Below are positions 36,419 through 45,065 of a stretch of DNA of 60,950 bases, one piece after another. The translations under genes and the position numbers were made by a program. The notes under the pieces are model-generated. The model saw nothing but the letters and a program-made list of their open reading frames with translations, was not told the origin of the DNA and did no database searches. Each line of letters starts with the position of its first letter. The first letter of the stretch is position 1. The DNA is from Candidatus Stahliibacteriota bacterium. GTDB lineage: Bacteria; Hydrothermota; UBA3072. The stretch spans positions 1 through 60,950 of the forward strand of contig DAOVFB010000001.1 of NCBI GenBank assembly GCA_030668705.1. The letters run 5' to 3'.

Positions 36419-37219
36419 ATGGATCATCTATCCGATTTGGAAAGTAGAAGTATATATATAATAAGAGAAGCCTATCATCAGTTTCAGAAAGTTGCAGCAC
36501 TATGGTCAATTGGAAAAGATTCTACTACTTTGTTATGGCTTATAAGAAAGGCCTTCTTTGGGAAGATGCCTTTCCCTGTTGTTCATATAGATACTAGTTA
36601 CAAATTCAAAGAAATTTATAAATTCAGAGATGAATATACGAAAAAGTGGGATCTTGATCTCATTGTTCATAGAAATGAGGATGCAATTTCAAGTGGAATG
36701 GGGCCAAAAAAGAGTAAGCTGGAGTGTTGCACAGAGCTTAAGACCAATGCATTGAAGGGTGCTATAGATAAATATGGGTTCCGTGCGCTATATCTCGGTA
36801 TTAGAAGGGATGAGCATGGTATAAGAGCAAAGGAAAGAGTGTTCTCACCTCGAGACCAGGATTTTGAGTGGGATTACAAAAACCAACCCCCCGAACTCTG
36901 GGATCAGTATAAATCAAAGACTGAGGCAGAAGAACATATAAGGGTTCACCCTTTGCTCGGGTGGACGGAACTGGATATCTGGAAATATATAAAGAAGGAA
37001 AATATCCCTGTAGTAGGGCTTTATTTTGCAAAGAATGGAAGGCGTTACAGAAGTATAGGTTGCGAACCCTGTGTAAACACAATACCGTCCGATGCAGATA
37101 CAGTCGATAAAGTAATAGAAGAGCTTAAAACGACCACAATTTCAGAAAGAAGTGGTAGAGCTCAGGATAAGGAGTCTGATTATATGATGCAGAAGCTTAG
37201 AGCACTCGGATATATGTAG
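36419..37219 (+). CDS. cysD: Sulfate adenylyltransferase subunit 2
   Basis: PAPS-reductase/ATP-sulfurylase small-subunit fold with LESRSIYIIREA, WSIGKDSTTLLWL and a C-terminal GRAQDKE..MQKLRALGYM. The ATG at 36419 follows GAGGAGG. The ORF is open from 36398. Confidence 0.92.
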   Translation: MDHLSDLESRSIYIIREAYHQFQKVAALWSIGKDSTTLLWLIRKAFFGKMPFPVVHIDTSYKFKEIYKFRDEYTKKWDLDLIVHRNEDAISSGMGPKKSKLECCTELKTNALKGAIDKYGFRALYLGIRRDEHGIRAKERVFSPRDQDFEWDYKNQPPELWDQYKSKTEAEEHIRVHPLLGWTELDIWKYIKKENIPVVGLYFAKNGRRYRSIGCEPCVNTIPSDADTVDKVIEELKTTTISERSGRAQDKESDYMMQKLRALGYM

Positions 37220-37229
37220 AGGAGAAGGC

Positions 37230-38462
37230 ATGGAAGATGGTAACACGCTCAAATTCGTAATTGTTGGTCATATAGATCACGGTAAGTCAACACTGATAGG
37301 ACGCCTATTTTTTGATACGAATTCCCTCCCTCCTGATAAGATAGAGGAGGTAAAAAAGGCTTCTAAAGGGAGAAGGGATGGAGAAATGGAGTTCGCATTC
37401 CTTATGGATCATCTTCGCGAAGAAAGGGAACAGGGCATCACTATAGATACAGCACAGACATTTTTCAAGACCCCAAAGAGGGAATATGTTATAATAGATG
37501 CACCCGGACATGTTGAATTTGTGAAGAATATGATAACAGGAGCGTCTCAGGCAGAAGCAGCGTTACTCATTGTTGATGCAAAGGAAGGTGTTGCAGAACA
37601 GACAAGACGGCATGCAAATTTGGTTTCGATGCTGGGTCTTGATCAGGTTATAGTGGTGATAAATAAGATGGACGCAGTGGATTATAAACAGGGAAGGTAT
37701 GATAAGATAAGGAGCGATGTAAAGGAATTTTTCGATACTATTGCACTTAAAGCGGATTACTATATTCCTATTTCTGCCTTAAAGGGTGATAATGTTGCAA
37801 CCCGCTCTGATTTAATGAAATGGTATGAAGGGCCAACAGTTCTCGGGTCGCTGGATTCACTCGCAAATAGAGTACCTCCTGAAGATAAGAGCCTTCTTTT
37901 CCCGATCCAGGATGTCTATAAGATATCCGGCAAGCGTATTGCGGTTGGAAGAGTGGAAGCTGGCACAATAGAGAGTGGTATAGAGGTGAAGATATTGCCA
38001 GGAGGCGAGAAAACAGAGGTCAAATCTATAGAGAAATTTCAGGAAGAGAAAGATAAAGCAGTTGCAGGAGAATCTATAGGTATTATGACAGAGGACCCAG
38101 TTTTCCTGCAAAGAGGGAATGTCTTATGTATTGAGGGAAAAGAACCCACCATCACTAATAGTTTCCAGGCAAATGTTATATGGTTATCCAAGGAAGCTTT
38201 TGATATAAAGGAAAGGATTATGATGCGCTTGGCCACTCAGGAATTTGCAGGGAATGTAATTAAAATAAAGAGGAGGATCGATTCTTCGTCACTTTCCATA
38301 TTAGAGGAGGATGCTTCTACGATTGGTAATCTGGAAATCGGGGAAGTGGAAATCCAGGTAAAGGCCCCAGTTGTGTTAACAAAGTTCAATAATATTCAGG
38401 AACTCGGAAGATTTGTGTTGGTCCGTGGTAACGATGTAGTGGCAGGTGGAATTATAACCTGA
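37230..38462 (+). CDS. cysN: Sulfate adenylyltransferase subunit 1 (GTPase), without a fused APS-kinase domain
   Basis: 410 aa with GHIDHGKSTLIGRL, DAPGH and NKMD motifs and EF-Tu-like domains II/III. It ends without a CysC module. Confidence 0.9.
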   Translation: MEDGNTLKFVIVGHIDHGKSTLIGRLFFDTNSLPPDKIEEVKKASKGRRDGEMEFAFLMDHLREEREQGITIDTAQTFFKTPKREYVIIDAPGHVEFVKNMITGASQAEAALLIVDAKEGVAEQTRRHANLVSMLGLDQVIVVINKMDAVDYKQGRYDKIRSDVKEFFDTIALKADYYIPISALKGDNVATRSDLMKWYEGPTVLGSLDSLANRVPPEDKSLLFPIQDVYKISGKRIAVGRVEAGTIESGIEVKILPGGEKTEVKSIEKFQEEKDKAVAGESIGIMTEDPVFLQRGNVLCIEGKEPTITNSFQANVIWLSKEAFDIKERIMMRLATQEFAGNVIKIKRRIDSSSLSILEEDASTIGNLEIGEVEIQVKAPVVLTKFNNIQELGRFVLVRGNDVVAGGIIT

Positions 38463-38472
38463 AGGAATAGGG

Positions 38473-39240
38473 GTGGGTCTTAATAGTAGCGCTATAATCC
38501 TTTTAGTTGTCGTTTCGTTTCTGGCGCAGACAATAGATTCTTCTCTGGGGATGGGGTATGGGACAACATTAGGTCCTATTCTTATTATCATAGGTTTACC
38601 ACCATTAATAGTTGTTCCCGGAATGCTGGTCTCCCAGTTGTTTGGTGGTATCTTTGGAACTATATTTCATCATAGGTATGGGAATGTTAATCTATCAAGG
38701 AACAGTATACATCTCAAGATAGCACTGCTCTTAACAGGGTTCAGTTTGATTGGAGGCGTAGGTGCTGGTTTTATTGCCTTGAATATTCCTCAGGAGTATA
38801 TCAAAATCTATATCGGGTTAATCGTTTTTTCTATGGGGGTTCTCATTCTCCTATTCCGAAATAAACCGGTAAAATTTAGCTGGCGAAGGATAAGTGTATT
38901 GGCACTTGTTGCTTCTTTCAATAAGGGCTTAAGCGGCGGTGGATATGGTCCTGTTATGACGAGTGGACAGATATTATCAGGTATTGGTGCTAAAAGTTCA
39001 ATTGGTATAACTTCTTTTGCTGAAGCTGCTTCTTGTTTGGCCGCAATATTGGTTTATATCTTTGGTTTAGATGCTCCAGACTTCAGACTTGCTATTCCAT
39101 TAACGGTTGGTGCGGTTGCTTCCGTTCCAATCGCCGTCCGAATTGTAAAGAAGGTTAACGAGAATAAATTTATCACTACGATAGGGATTGTCACAATGTT
39201 CTTAGGTACTTTAACCCTGCTCAAGGTCTTTTTCTCTTAA
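38473..39240 (+). CDS. TauE/SafE family anion (sulfite/sulfonate) permease
   Basis: 255 aa with about 8 TM helices and G-rich helices typical of TSUP/TauE. GTG start. Confidence 0.75.
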   Translation: MGLNSSAIILLVVVSFLAQTIDSSLGMGYGTTLGPILIIIGLPPLIVVPGMLVSQLFGGIFGTIFHHRYGNVNLSRNSIHLKIALLLTGFSLIGGVGAGFIALNIPQEYIKIYIGLIVFSMGVLILLFRNKPVKFSWRRISVLALVASFNKGLSGGGYGPVMTSGQILSGIGAKSSIGITSFAEAASCLAAILVYIFGLDAPDFRLAIPLTVGAVASVPIAVRIVKKVNENKFITTIGIVTMFLGTLTLLKVFFS

Positions 39241-39258
39241 AAAGAAAGGAGTGTTCTT

Positions 39259-40536
39259 GTGTTTTTTGGAAAAAAGAAGAAAATTGTTGTTCTCGGTATT
39301 GATGGAGTCCCCTACAGTTTTTTAAAGGAGGGTATCCTGAATGGGAAATTCCCAAATATAGAGAAAATCTGTGAGGAAGGTGTTGGTCTAAAACAATACA
39401 ATTCAGTATATCCTACTGTATCATCTGTTGCCTGGACTTCCTATATGACGGGTAAGAATCCGGGTGAGCATAGCATTTATGGTTTTGTAGACAGAGATTG
39501 CTCCCCATTCCGGTTGAAGATACCACTTGGGAGTGATAGGACTGCTAAGACCCTCTGGAAAGAAGCTTCGGAGAAGGGGAAGAAGGTTCTTGTTATGAAT
39601 GTCCCTGTAACCTATCCACCCGAAGAAGTAAATGGTATCCTGATATCAGGATTTCTAACTACGAGTGTCCAGAAGGTTGTCCAACCTGCCACGCTTGTTC
39701 CATATTTGAAAAAGAAAGGGTATATTATAGATGCGGACCCAAGGTTTGGGCATTCCGATAGAGAAAAATTTATGAAGGAAATCATGCGGGCGCTTGATAT
39801 ACGTATGGAGGTATTCCTTGAGTTGATGAATAAGGATAACTATGATCTTGCCCAGTGCCATATAATGGAAACTGACCGAATCAATCACTTCTTCTGGGAG
39901 GATTATGAAGATAATAAAGAGTTTAAAGACGATTTCGAAGAATTCTACAGGAAACTTGATAAATGGATAGGGAAGACATATAGTTTATTGGGTGGAGATG
40001 ACAGGTTCCTTGTTCTATCCGACCATGGATTCTGCAGAGTAAAATATAATGTGGAGTTAAATCATTTCCTTGAGGAGGAGGGCTACCTAATCTTCGGTGA
40101 CGATACCCCCAAAAGCGTAGCTGAACTTAAGAGTGAATCAAGGGCATATTCACTGATACCTGGAAGAATTTATATAAACCTTCTAAATAGAGAGGAGAAG
40201 GGTTCGGTTCCGGAAAGTGAATATGACTCACTTCGTCTGGAATTAAAGGAGAAAGTTCTCAAGCTGAAAAGTCCAGAGGGTGAACCCATTATAGAAAAAG
40301 CTTTCTTCCGTGAAGAGATTTACAGTGGGCCTTACCTTTATCAAGCGGCTGACCTTATTGTTCATCCTCATTGGGGTTATGATTTAAAGGCTCATGTAAA
40401 TACTGGTAAACTTTGTCATGAACCTTCTGCAATAACGGGTATGCATACTTATGAGGATGCCGTTATATTCGGAAAGAACATCAATATAGAAGAGGTTCAT
40501 TCAATACAGGACCCGCTGAGGTTAATTTTACATTAA
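39259..40536 (+). CDS. Alkaline-phosphatase-superfamily protein (type I phosphodiesterase/nucleotide pyrophosphatase family)
   Basis: 425 aa with VVLGIDGVPY, YPTVSSVAWTSYMTGKNPGEHSIYGF (nucleophile region) and LSDHGF blocks. Paralogue of 45066-46634. Confidence 0.75.
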   Translation: MFFGKKKKIVVLGIDGVPYSFLKEGILNGKFPNIEKICEEGVGLKQYNSVYPTVSSVAWTSYMTGKNPGEHSIYGFVDRDCSPFRLKIPLGSDRTAKTLWKEASEKGKKVLVMNVPVTYPPEEVNGILISGFLTTSVQKVVQPATLVPYLKKKGYIIDADPRFGHSDREKFMKEIMRALDIRMEVFLELMNKDNYDLAQCHIMETDRINHFFWEDYEDNKEFKDDFEEFYRKLDKWIGKTYSLLGGDDRFLVLSDHGFCRVKYNVELNHFLEEEGYLIFGDDTPKSVAELKSESRAYSLIPGRIYINLLNREEKGSVPESEYDSLRLELKEKVLKLKSPEGEPIIEKAFFREEIYSGPYLYQAADLIVHPHWGYDLKAHVNTGKLCHEPSAITGMHTYEDAVIFGKNINIEEVHSIQDPLRLILH

Positions 40537-40546
40537 TTTAAAACTT

Positions 40547-41845
40547 CTAATACCCAATTACATATACATCATAACTGTACGAGTTAGTGACATAAAGATA
40601 TTTACCATTGGGAAGGGATCTCACAAAATTAGGACCATTCCCCACTGAAATATTATCAATAACAGAATTATCGGAGGTACGAATGACTGATACGTTGTTG
40701 CTATATCGGTTCGTTACATATAAATATTTACCATTGGGTAATACCTCAGCATTCTTAGGATTTGCCCCTACGGGGATAGTTTTAACTACGGTATTGGCAG
40801 AAGTCCTTATTACATAAACATTATCTAACGATTCATCAACCACATAAACATAATCCCCATTAGGATGGGAAGCAATGCCACAAGGCCAGTATCCTACTGG
40901 AATACTGTCAACCACTATATTGTCAGAGGTCCTTATCACATAAATACTACTGGTTCCCATGCTTGTAACGTATACGTATTCTCCGTTTGGAAGTACGGTA
41001 ATACCTCTTGGGTCATTTCCAACCGTAATAGTGTCCACTACAGTATTGTCTGAAGAGCGTATGACATACACGTTATTGCTATATCGGTTTGACACATATA
41101 GATATTTCCCATCTGGCAGTGAAACAACACCACGTGGTCCATCTCCCAAAGGAATCTCATCAACTACTATATTGTCAGAGGTTCGAATGACGGTTGAATT
41201 ATCGCTATCACGATTTACTGCATATACATATTGTCCATCAGGGAGGGAAGTTACATCTCTAGGAGCATTTCCAACAGGGATTGTTTTAACTACCGTATTA
41301 TCGGAAGTGCGTATAACCGATAAGTTATCATTGTCGGAATTAGTTACATAAATATAATCACCATTCGGGAGTGAAGTTAACCCTTGAGGGTGAGTTCCTA
41401 CAGGTATAATATCTACTATCTTATTCGGATAACCTTGTGGGATTGTGGTATCTGATTCAACTATATGTACGAGGTGAACTGCAGACCAATTGGATGTAGC
41501 CCCAACTATTGCATCAAGAAAACTCATACGATAATCATCTTTAGCATGGACCTTTATTCCATACGTTCCAGTATCCGTAAAAGTATGATTCACTACAATG
41601 GTATCTCCACTAGGGATATAATCACTCCATATAGATAGATTACCATCATCCCAGTCAAATTGATAGGATATATTATCACCATCAGGATCAGTTGTAAAAG
41701 CTGAAAAGTTAATAGGTACATTCGTTTCCCCTGTTGAAGGACCAACAGGAGCATTGGGAACTTCAGGTGAATTGTTTTGGGAACAACTTGAAAAAGCTAA
41801 AAAGATGATTAAAATAGATAATGTACTAGACCTTAGAATCTTCAT
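40547..41845 (-). CDS. Lipoprotein with an N-terminal PKD domain and a seven-bladed YVTN-type beta-propeller
   Basis: Lipobox LAFSSC and PKD block FTTDPDGDNISYQFDWDDG...GTYGIKVHAKDD. The propeller is about 42-aa repeats of Y.YVTN....V.VIRTSDN.VV..I.VG..P.....LP.G. Confidence 0.85.
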   Translation of the reverse strand: MKILRSSTLSILIIFLAFSSCSQNNSPEVPNAPVGPSTGETNVPINFSAFTTDPDGDNISYQFDWDDGNLSIWSDYIPSGDTIVVNHTFTDTGTYGIKVHAKDDYRMSFLDAIVGATSNWSAVHLVHIVESDTTIPQGYPNKIVDIIPVGTHPQGLTSLPNGDYIYVTNSDNDNLSVIRTSDNTVVKTIPVGNAPRDVTSLPDGQYVYAVNRDSDNSTVIRTSDNIVVDEIPLGDGPRGVVSLPDGKYLYVSNRYSNNVYVIRSSDNTVVDTITVGNDPRGITVLPNGEYVYVTSMGTSSIYVIRTSDNIVVDSIPVGYWPCGIASHPNGDYVYVVDESLDNVYVIRTSANTVVKTIPVGANPKNAEVLPNGKYLYVTNRYSNNVSVIRTSDNSVIDNISVGNGPNFVRSLPNGKYLYVTNSYSYDVYVIGY

Positions 41846-41869
41846 AATCCCTCCTTATCTATATATAAA

Positions 41870-41897
41870 ATTATAATAAAAAGAAAGAAAAAGTCAA
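41870..41897 (-). promoter_or_regulatory. Consensus sigma70 promoter of the YVTN lipoprotein gene
   Basis: On the minus strand: TTGACT (41897-41892), 16-nt spacer, TATAAT (41875-41870), then a leader with AAGGAGGG before the ATG at 41845. Confidence 0.65.
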
Positions 41898-42022
41898 CAT
41901 CGTGCTATGTATAAATCATTAGAGTAATACAAATAATAATTGATAAAAACATGATTTTTAATAGAAAGTGGTTAACATAATATAAAATGTTGCTTAAAAA
42001 TTTATAATGATAAGAGAGGCCG

Positions 42023-42698
42023 ATGAAGACATTTTCCGATAAAACTAAGTCGATAAACAATAAAAAGCCTAATGTATGTATAATTATAATGGATTCTGCA
42101 AGGGAGGATCATTTTTCTTGTTTATGGATACGATAAAAAAACATCTCCCTATTTAGATGAAATGATTGATGAATCCATAATATTTAAGAATGCTTATACG
42201 AATGCTCCCTGGACTGCTCCTTCATATGCATCATTATTTACAGGACTATATCCGTCTGAGCATAGGTTACAAAATGGCAATCTTTGGTTAGATGAGAATA
42301 TTAAAACCTTAGCGGAAATTTTAAGTGCAGAGGGATATGAAACGATGGGGATTAGTAATAACCCATGGGTTGGTTTTTCTACTGGCCTTAGTAGAGGTTT
42401 TGAGTGGTTTGATGAAATATGGCGTAAATACTTTGGTAAATACACTAAGAGACATACTTATTTGAATACCTTAAAGCTTATATTTGCAATTAGCGATAAG
42501 GGTGCCAAACAAACCAATGAAACTTTTACAAATTGGTTTGAGAATAAACATGCACCTGATAAACCATTTTTTGTGTTCATAAACTATATGGATACACATA
42601 ATATTTGGTCTCCACCTCGAGTATTTATGAAAAACTTTCTGGGTGGTAATTTTATCTGTCTCTTAAGTTTTAGATTTTACTGCCGGTTTTATGAGTAG
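42023..42698 (+). pseudogene. Sulfatase-like hydrolase/transferase (alkaline phosphatase superfamily), frameshifted and 3'-truncated
   Basis: Frame 1 reads MKTF..PNVCIIIMDSAREDHFSC and stops at 42133. The +1 frame continues YGYDKKTSPYLDEMIDESIIFKNAYTNAPWTAPSYASLFTG. The shift lies in the T-run at 42119-42123. The ORF ends after ~180 aa, where family members continue for more than 200 aa. Confidence 0.75.
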
Positions 42699-42727
42699 TT
42701 ACCCTTTTATTGTTAATTTTTTTGTTT

Positions 42728-43804
42728 TTAACTTAAGCTAATTTTGGAACGGTCTCCTAAAATTAAGTTCATAGCGTGAGGCTTAAGTTCGTTTTTACTG
42801 ATTTCTACTTCTTTCCCAATAAGGCAATTATCGAGCCTGTAAGATATATCTTTTATCCTGGTATTTTCCATGATGATGCTATTTTCTATCTCGCTGTTTC
42901 GGATTTCACATCCATAGTAAATAGAAGTATATGGTCCTATATAGGAGTCAACGATTACGCTTTTATCTCCAATGGTAACGGGTCCTCGAATCACACTATT
43001 TTTAATCTCAACCCCTTGCCTCAGTTCTATTTTTCCTTCAATCCTAGAGTTCCCATCTACTCTAACCCCCGTTTCCTTCCTACTTTTTAATGAAGAAAGG
43101 ACAAACCTGTTTGCCTCTAATACATCCTCCACTTTTCCCGTATCCTTCCACCAGCCTTTCACCTTGTAGGGTAAGACTTTGTAATCGTTATCAATCAACC
43201 ATTGTATTGCATCAGTTATTTCCAGTTCGTTTCTCGCCGATGGTTTGATTCCATTAATAGCCTTAAAAACATTTTCGTCAAAGAGATATACCCCTACAAG
43301 AGCGAAGTTCGTTGGAGGAACCTTTGGTTTCTCCACCAATCTTTTTATTTGATTCTTATCATCTAATTCGACAACTCCAAATTCACATGGGTTATCTACT
43401 TCTGCAAGGAGAATAAGTGAATTTGCGTCGGATTTTTCGAATTCTTTCGTGAACAGAGTTAAATCAGAAGCGAGTATGTTATCTCCAAGGTACATAATAA
43501 ATGGGTCATCCTTGAGGAAATATCTGGCGACCTTTACACAATGGGCAAGCCCTAATGGTTTTTCCTGATGTATGTATTCTATGTTAATTCCCCATCTTTT
43601 GCCATCTCCGATTTCTCTCGTAATAGCATCCGCAGTCTCCTTTCCTACAATTATTCCAACCTCTTTGATACCCACCTTCACTATATCTTCCAGCCCGTAA
43701 TATATTATGGGTTTATTGGCTACCGGTATTAGTTGCTTTGCAGCTGTATGTGTCAGGGGGCGGAGCCTCGAACCTGTTCCTCCTGCGGCTATCAGTGCTT
43801 TCAT
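42728..43804 (-). CDS. rfbA: Glucose-1-phosphate thymidylyltransferase (long form with C-terminal left-handed beta-helix)
   Basis: 358 aa with N-terminal AAGGTGSRLRPLTHTAAKQLIPV and a C-terminal hexapeptide-repeat region. It lies downstream of rfbB. Confidence 0.8.
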   Translation of the reverse strand: MKALIAAGGTGSRLRPLTHTAAKQLIPVANKPIIYYGLEDIVKVGIKEVGIIVGKETADAITREIGDGKRWGINIEYIHQEKPLGLAHCVKVARYFLKDDPFIMYLGDNILASDLTLFTKEFEKSDANSLILLAEVDNPCEFGVVELDDKNQIKRLVEKPKVPPTNFALVGVYLFDENVFKAINGIKPSARNELEITDAIQWLIDNDYKVLPYKVKGWWKDTGKVEDVLEANRFVLSSLKSRKETGVRVDGNSRIEGKIELRQGVEIKNSVIRGPVTIGDKSVIVDSYIGPYTSIYYGCEIRNSEIENSIIMENTRIKDISYRLDNCLIGKEVEISKNELKPHAMNLILGDRSKISLS

Positions 43805-43849
43805 ATAATTACCTTCAGTTTGGATGTCAGAGTTTGATTTAAATATGTC

Positions 43850-44923
43850 TTATCTCTTTCCATATACCTTGCTATAGTATTCCTGGTATTCACCTGTGAT
43901 AACACTATTTATCCACTCTCTATTATTAATATACCATTTTATAGTTTCCTTTAACCCCGTTGTAAAATCGGTTGTTGGTTTCCAACCGGTTGTATTCTTT
44001 ATTTTCTCATAGTCAAGTGCGTATCGGAAGTCGTGTGCTGCCCCACGGGGGTCGTCTATAAATGTGATAAGGGCTTCATAATATTCTTTGTTCTTATGGG
44101 TTTCTTCTGCTAATGATTTACAAATTAACCGAACGACCTCTATGTTTTCCGTCTCATAGTCACTACCAATATTGTATATCTCACCGACCTTACCTTCTCT
44201 CATTACCATATCAATTGCCCTGCAGTTATCCAGTACATAAAGCCAGGTACGAATGTTCTTACCTTCTCCATAAACTGGCAGTTTCCTACCCTCAAGTGCA
44301 TTCTTTATCATTAAGGGAATGAGTTTTTCCGGGAATTGATAGGGTCCATAGTTATTTGAACTTCTCGTTATAATTAGAGGGACACCATAACCCTTATAAT
44401 ATGAAAGGCAGATTAGATCGGCAGATGCCTTTGATGCAGAATACGGGTTATTTGGATGGAGCGTACTCTCTTCACTAAATTTACCTTCATTATCAAGGCT
44501 TCCATAGACCTCGTCTGTTGATATCTGAATAAAGCGTTTGACGTTATATTCCCTTGATGCTTCAAGCAGGGCGAGTGTGCCTTTGATATTTGTTTCTATA
44601 AAGGGAGATGTATCAAGCATACTCCTGTCTACATGAGTTTCGGCTGCAAAATTGACAATTACATTAAAATCCTTTTCGTTAAATAGTTTATCTATAAGCA
44701 TTGCATTGGATATATCACCTTTTATGAAACTGTGTCTCTTATCGTTTTCAATATCAGAAAGATTCTCCAGGTTGCCTGCATATGTAAGTTTGTCAAGATT
44801 GGTGATTTGAACATTGGAATGGTTATTCAATAAGTACCTGATGAAATTTGAGCCAATAAAACCAGCTCCACCAGTAATTAAAAGAGAAAGGTCCTCAGGT
44901 AATTCCCTATTATGTTTCTCCAT
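43850..44923 (-). CDS. rfbB: dTDP-glucose 4,6-dehydratase
   Basis: 357 aa with GGAGFIGSNF, catalytic YSASKASAD and an HVDRS block. Confidence 0.92.
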   Translation of the reverse strand: MEKHNRELPEDLSLLITGGAGFIGSNFIRYLLNNHSNVQITNLDKLTYAGNLENLSDIENDKRHSFIKGDISNAMLIDKLFNEKDFNVIVNFAAETHVDRSMLDTSPFIETNIKGTLALLEASREYNVKRFIQISTDEVYGSLDNEGKFSEESTLHPNNPYSASKASADLICLSYYKGYGVPLIITRSSNNYGPYQFPEKLIPLMIKNALEGRKLPVYGEGKNIRTWLYVLDNCRAIDMVMREGKVGEIYNIGSDYETENIEVVRLICKSLAEETHKNKEYYEALITFIDDPRGAAHDFRYALDYEKIKNTTGWKPTTDFTTGLKETIKWYINNREWINSVITGEYQEYYSKVYGKR

Positions 44924-44929
44924 AAATTT

Positions 44930-44957
44930 ATCATACTGGCTGAGAGAATTTTGTCAA
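44930..44957 (-). promoter_or_regulatory. Sigma70-type promoter in the leaderless layout for rfbB
   Basis: On the minus strand: TTGACA (44957-44952), 16-nt spacer, TATGAT (44935-44930), 6 nt, then ATG at 44923. Confidence 0.6.
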
Positions 44958-45031
44958 GAGATGGCTATCTTCTTAAGTCGAGTCATTCTCAGCCCAAAGG
45001 GTGTATAAGAATGAAAAAAAAGAAAAATGGG

Positions 45032-45060
45032 TTGACATTTTTTTCTTTTATGTAATTATT
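45032..45060 (+). promoter_or_regulatory. Sigma70-type promoter in the leaderless layout for the 45066 gene
   Basis: TTGACA (45032-45037), 16-nt spacer ending in TGT, AATTAT (45054-45059), 6 nt, then ATG at 45066. ATTATT with a 17-nt spacer is an alternative reading. Confidence 0.5.
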
Positions 45061-45065
45061 CTATC

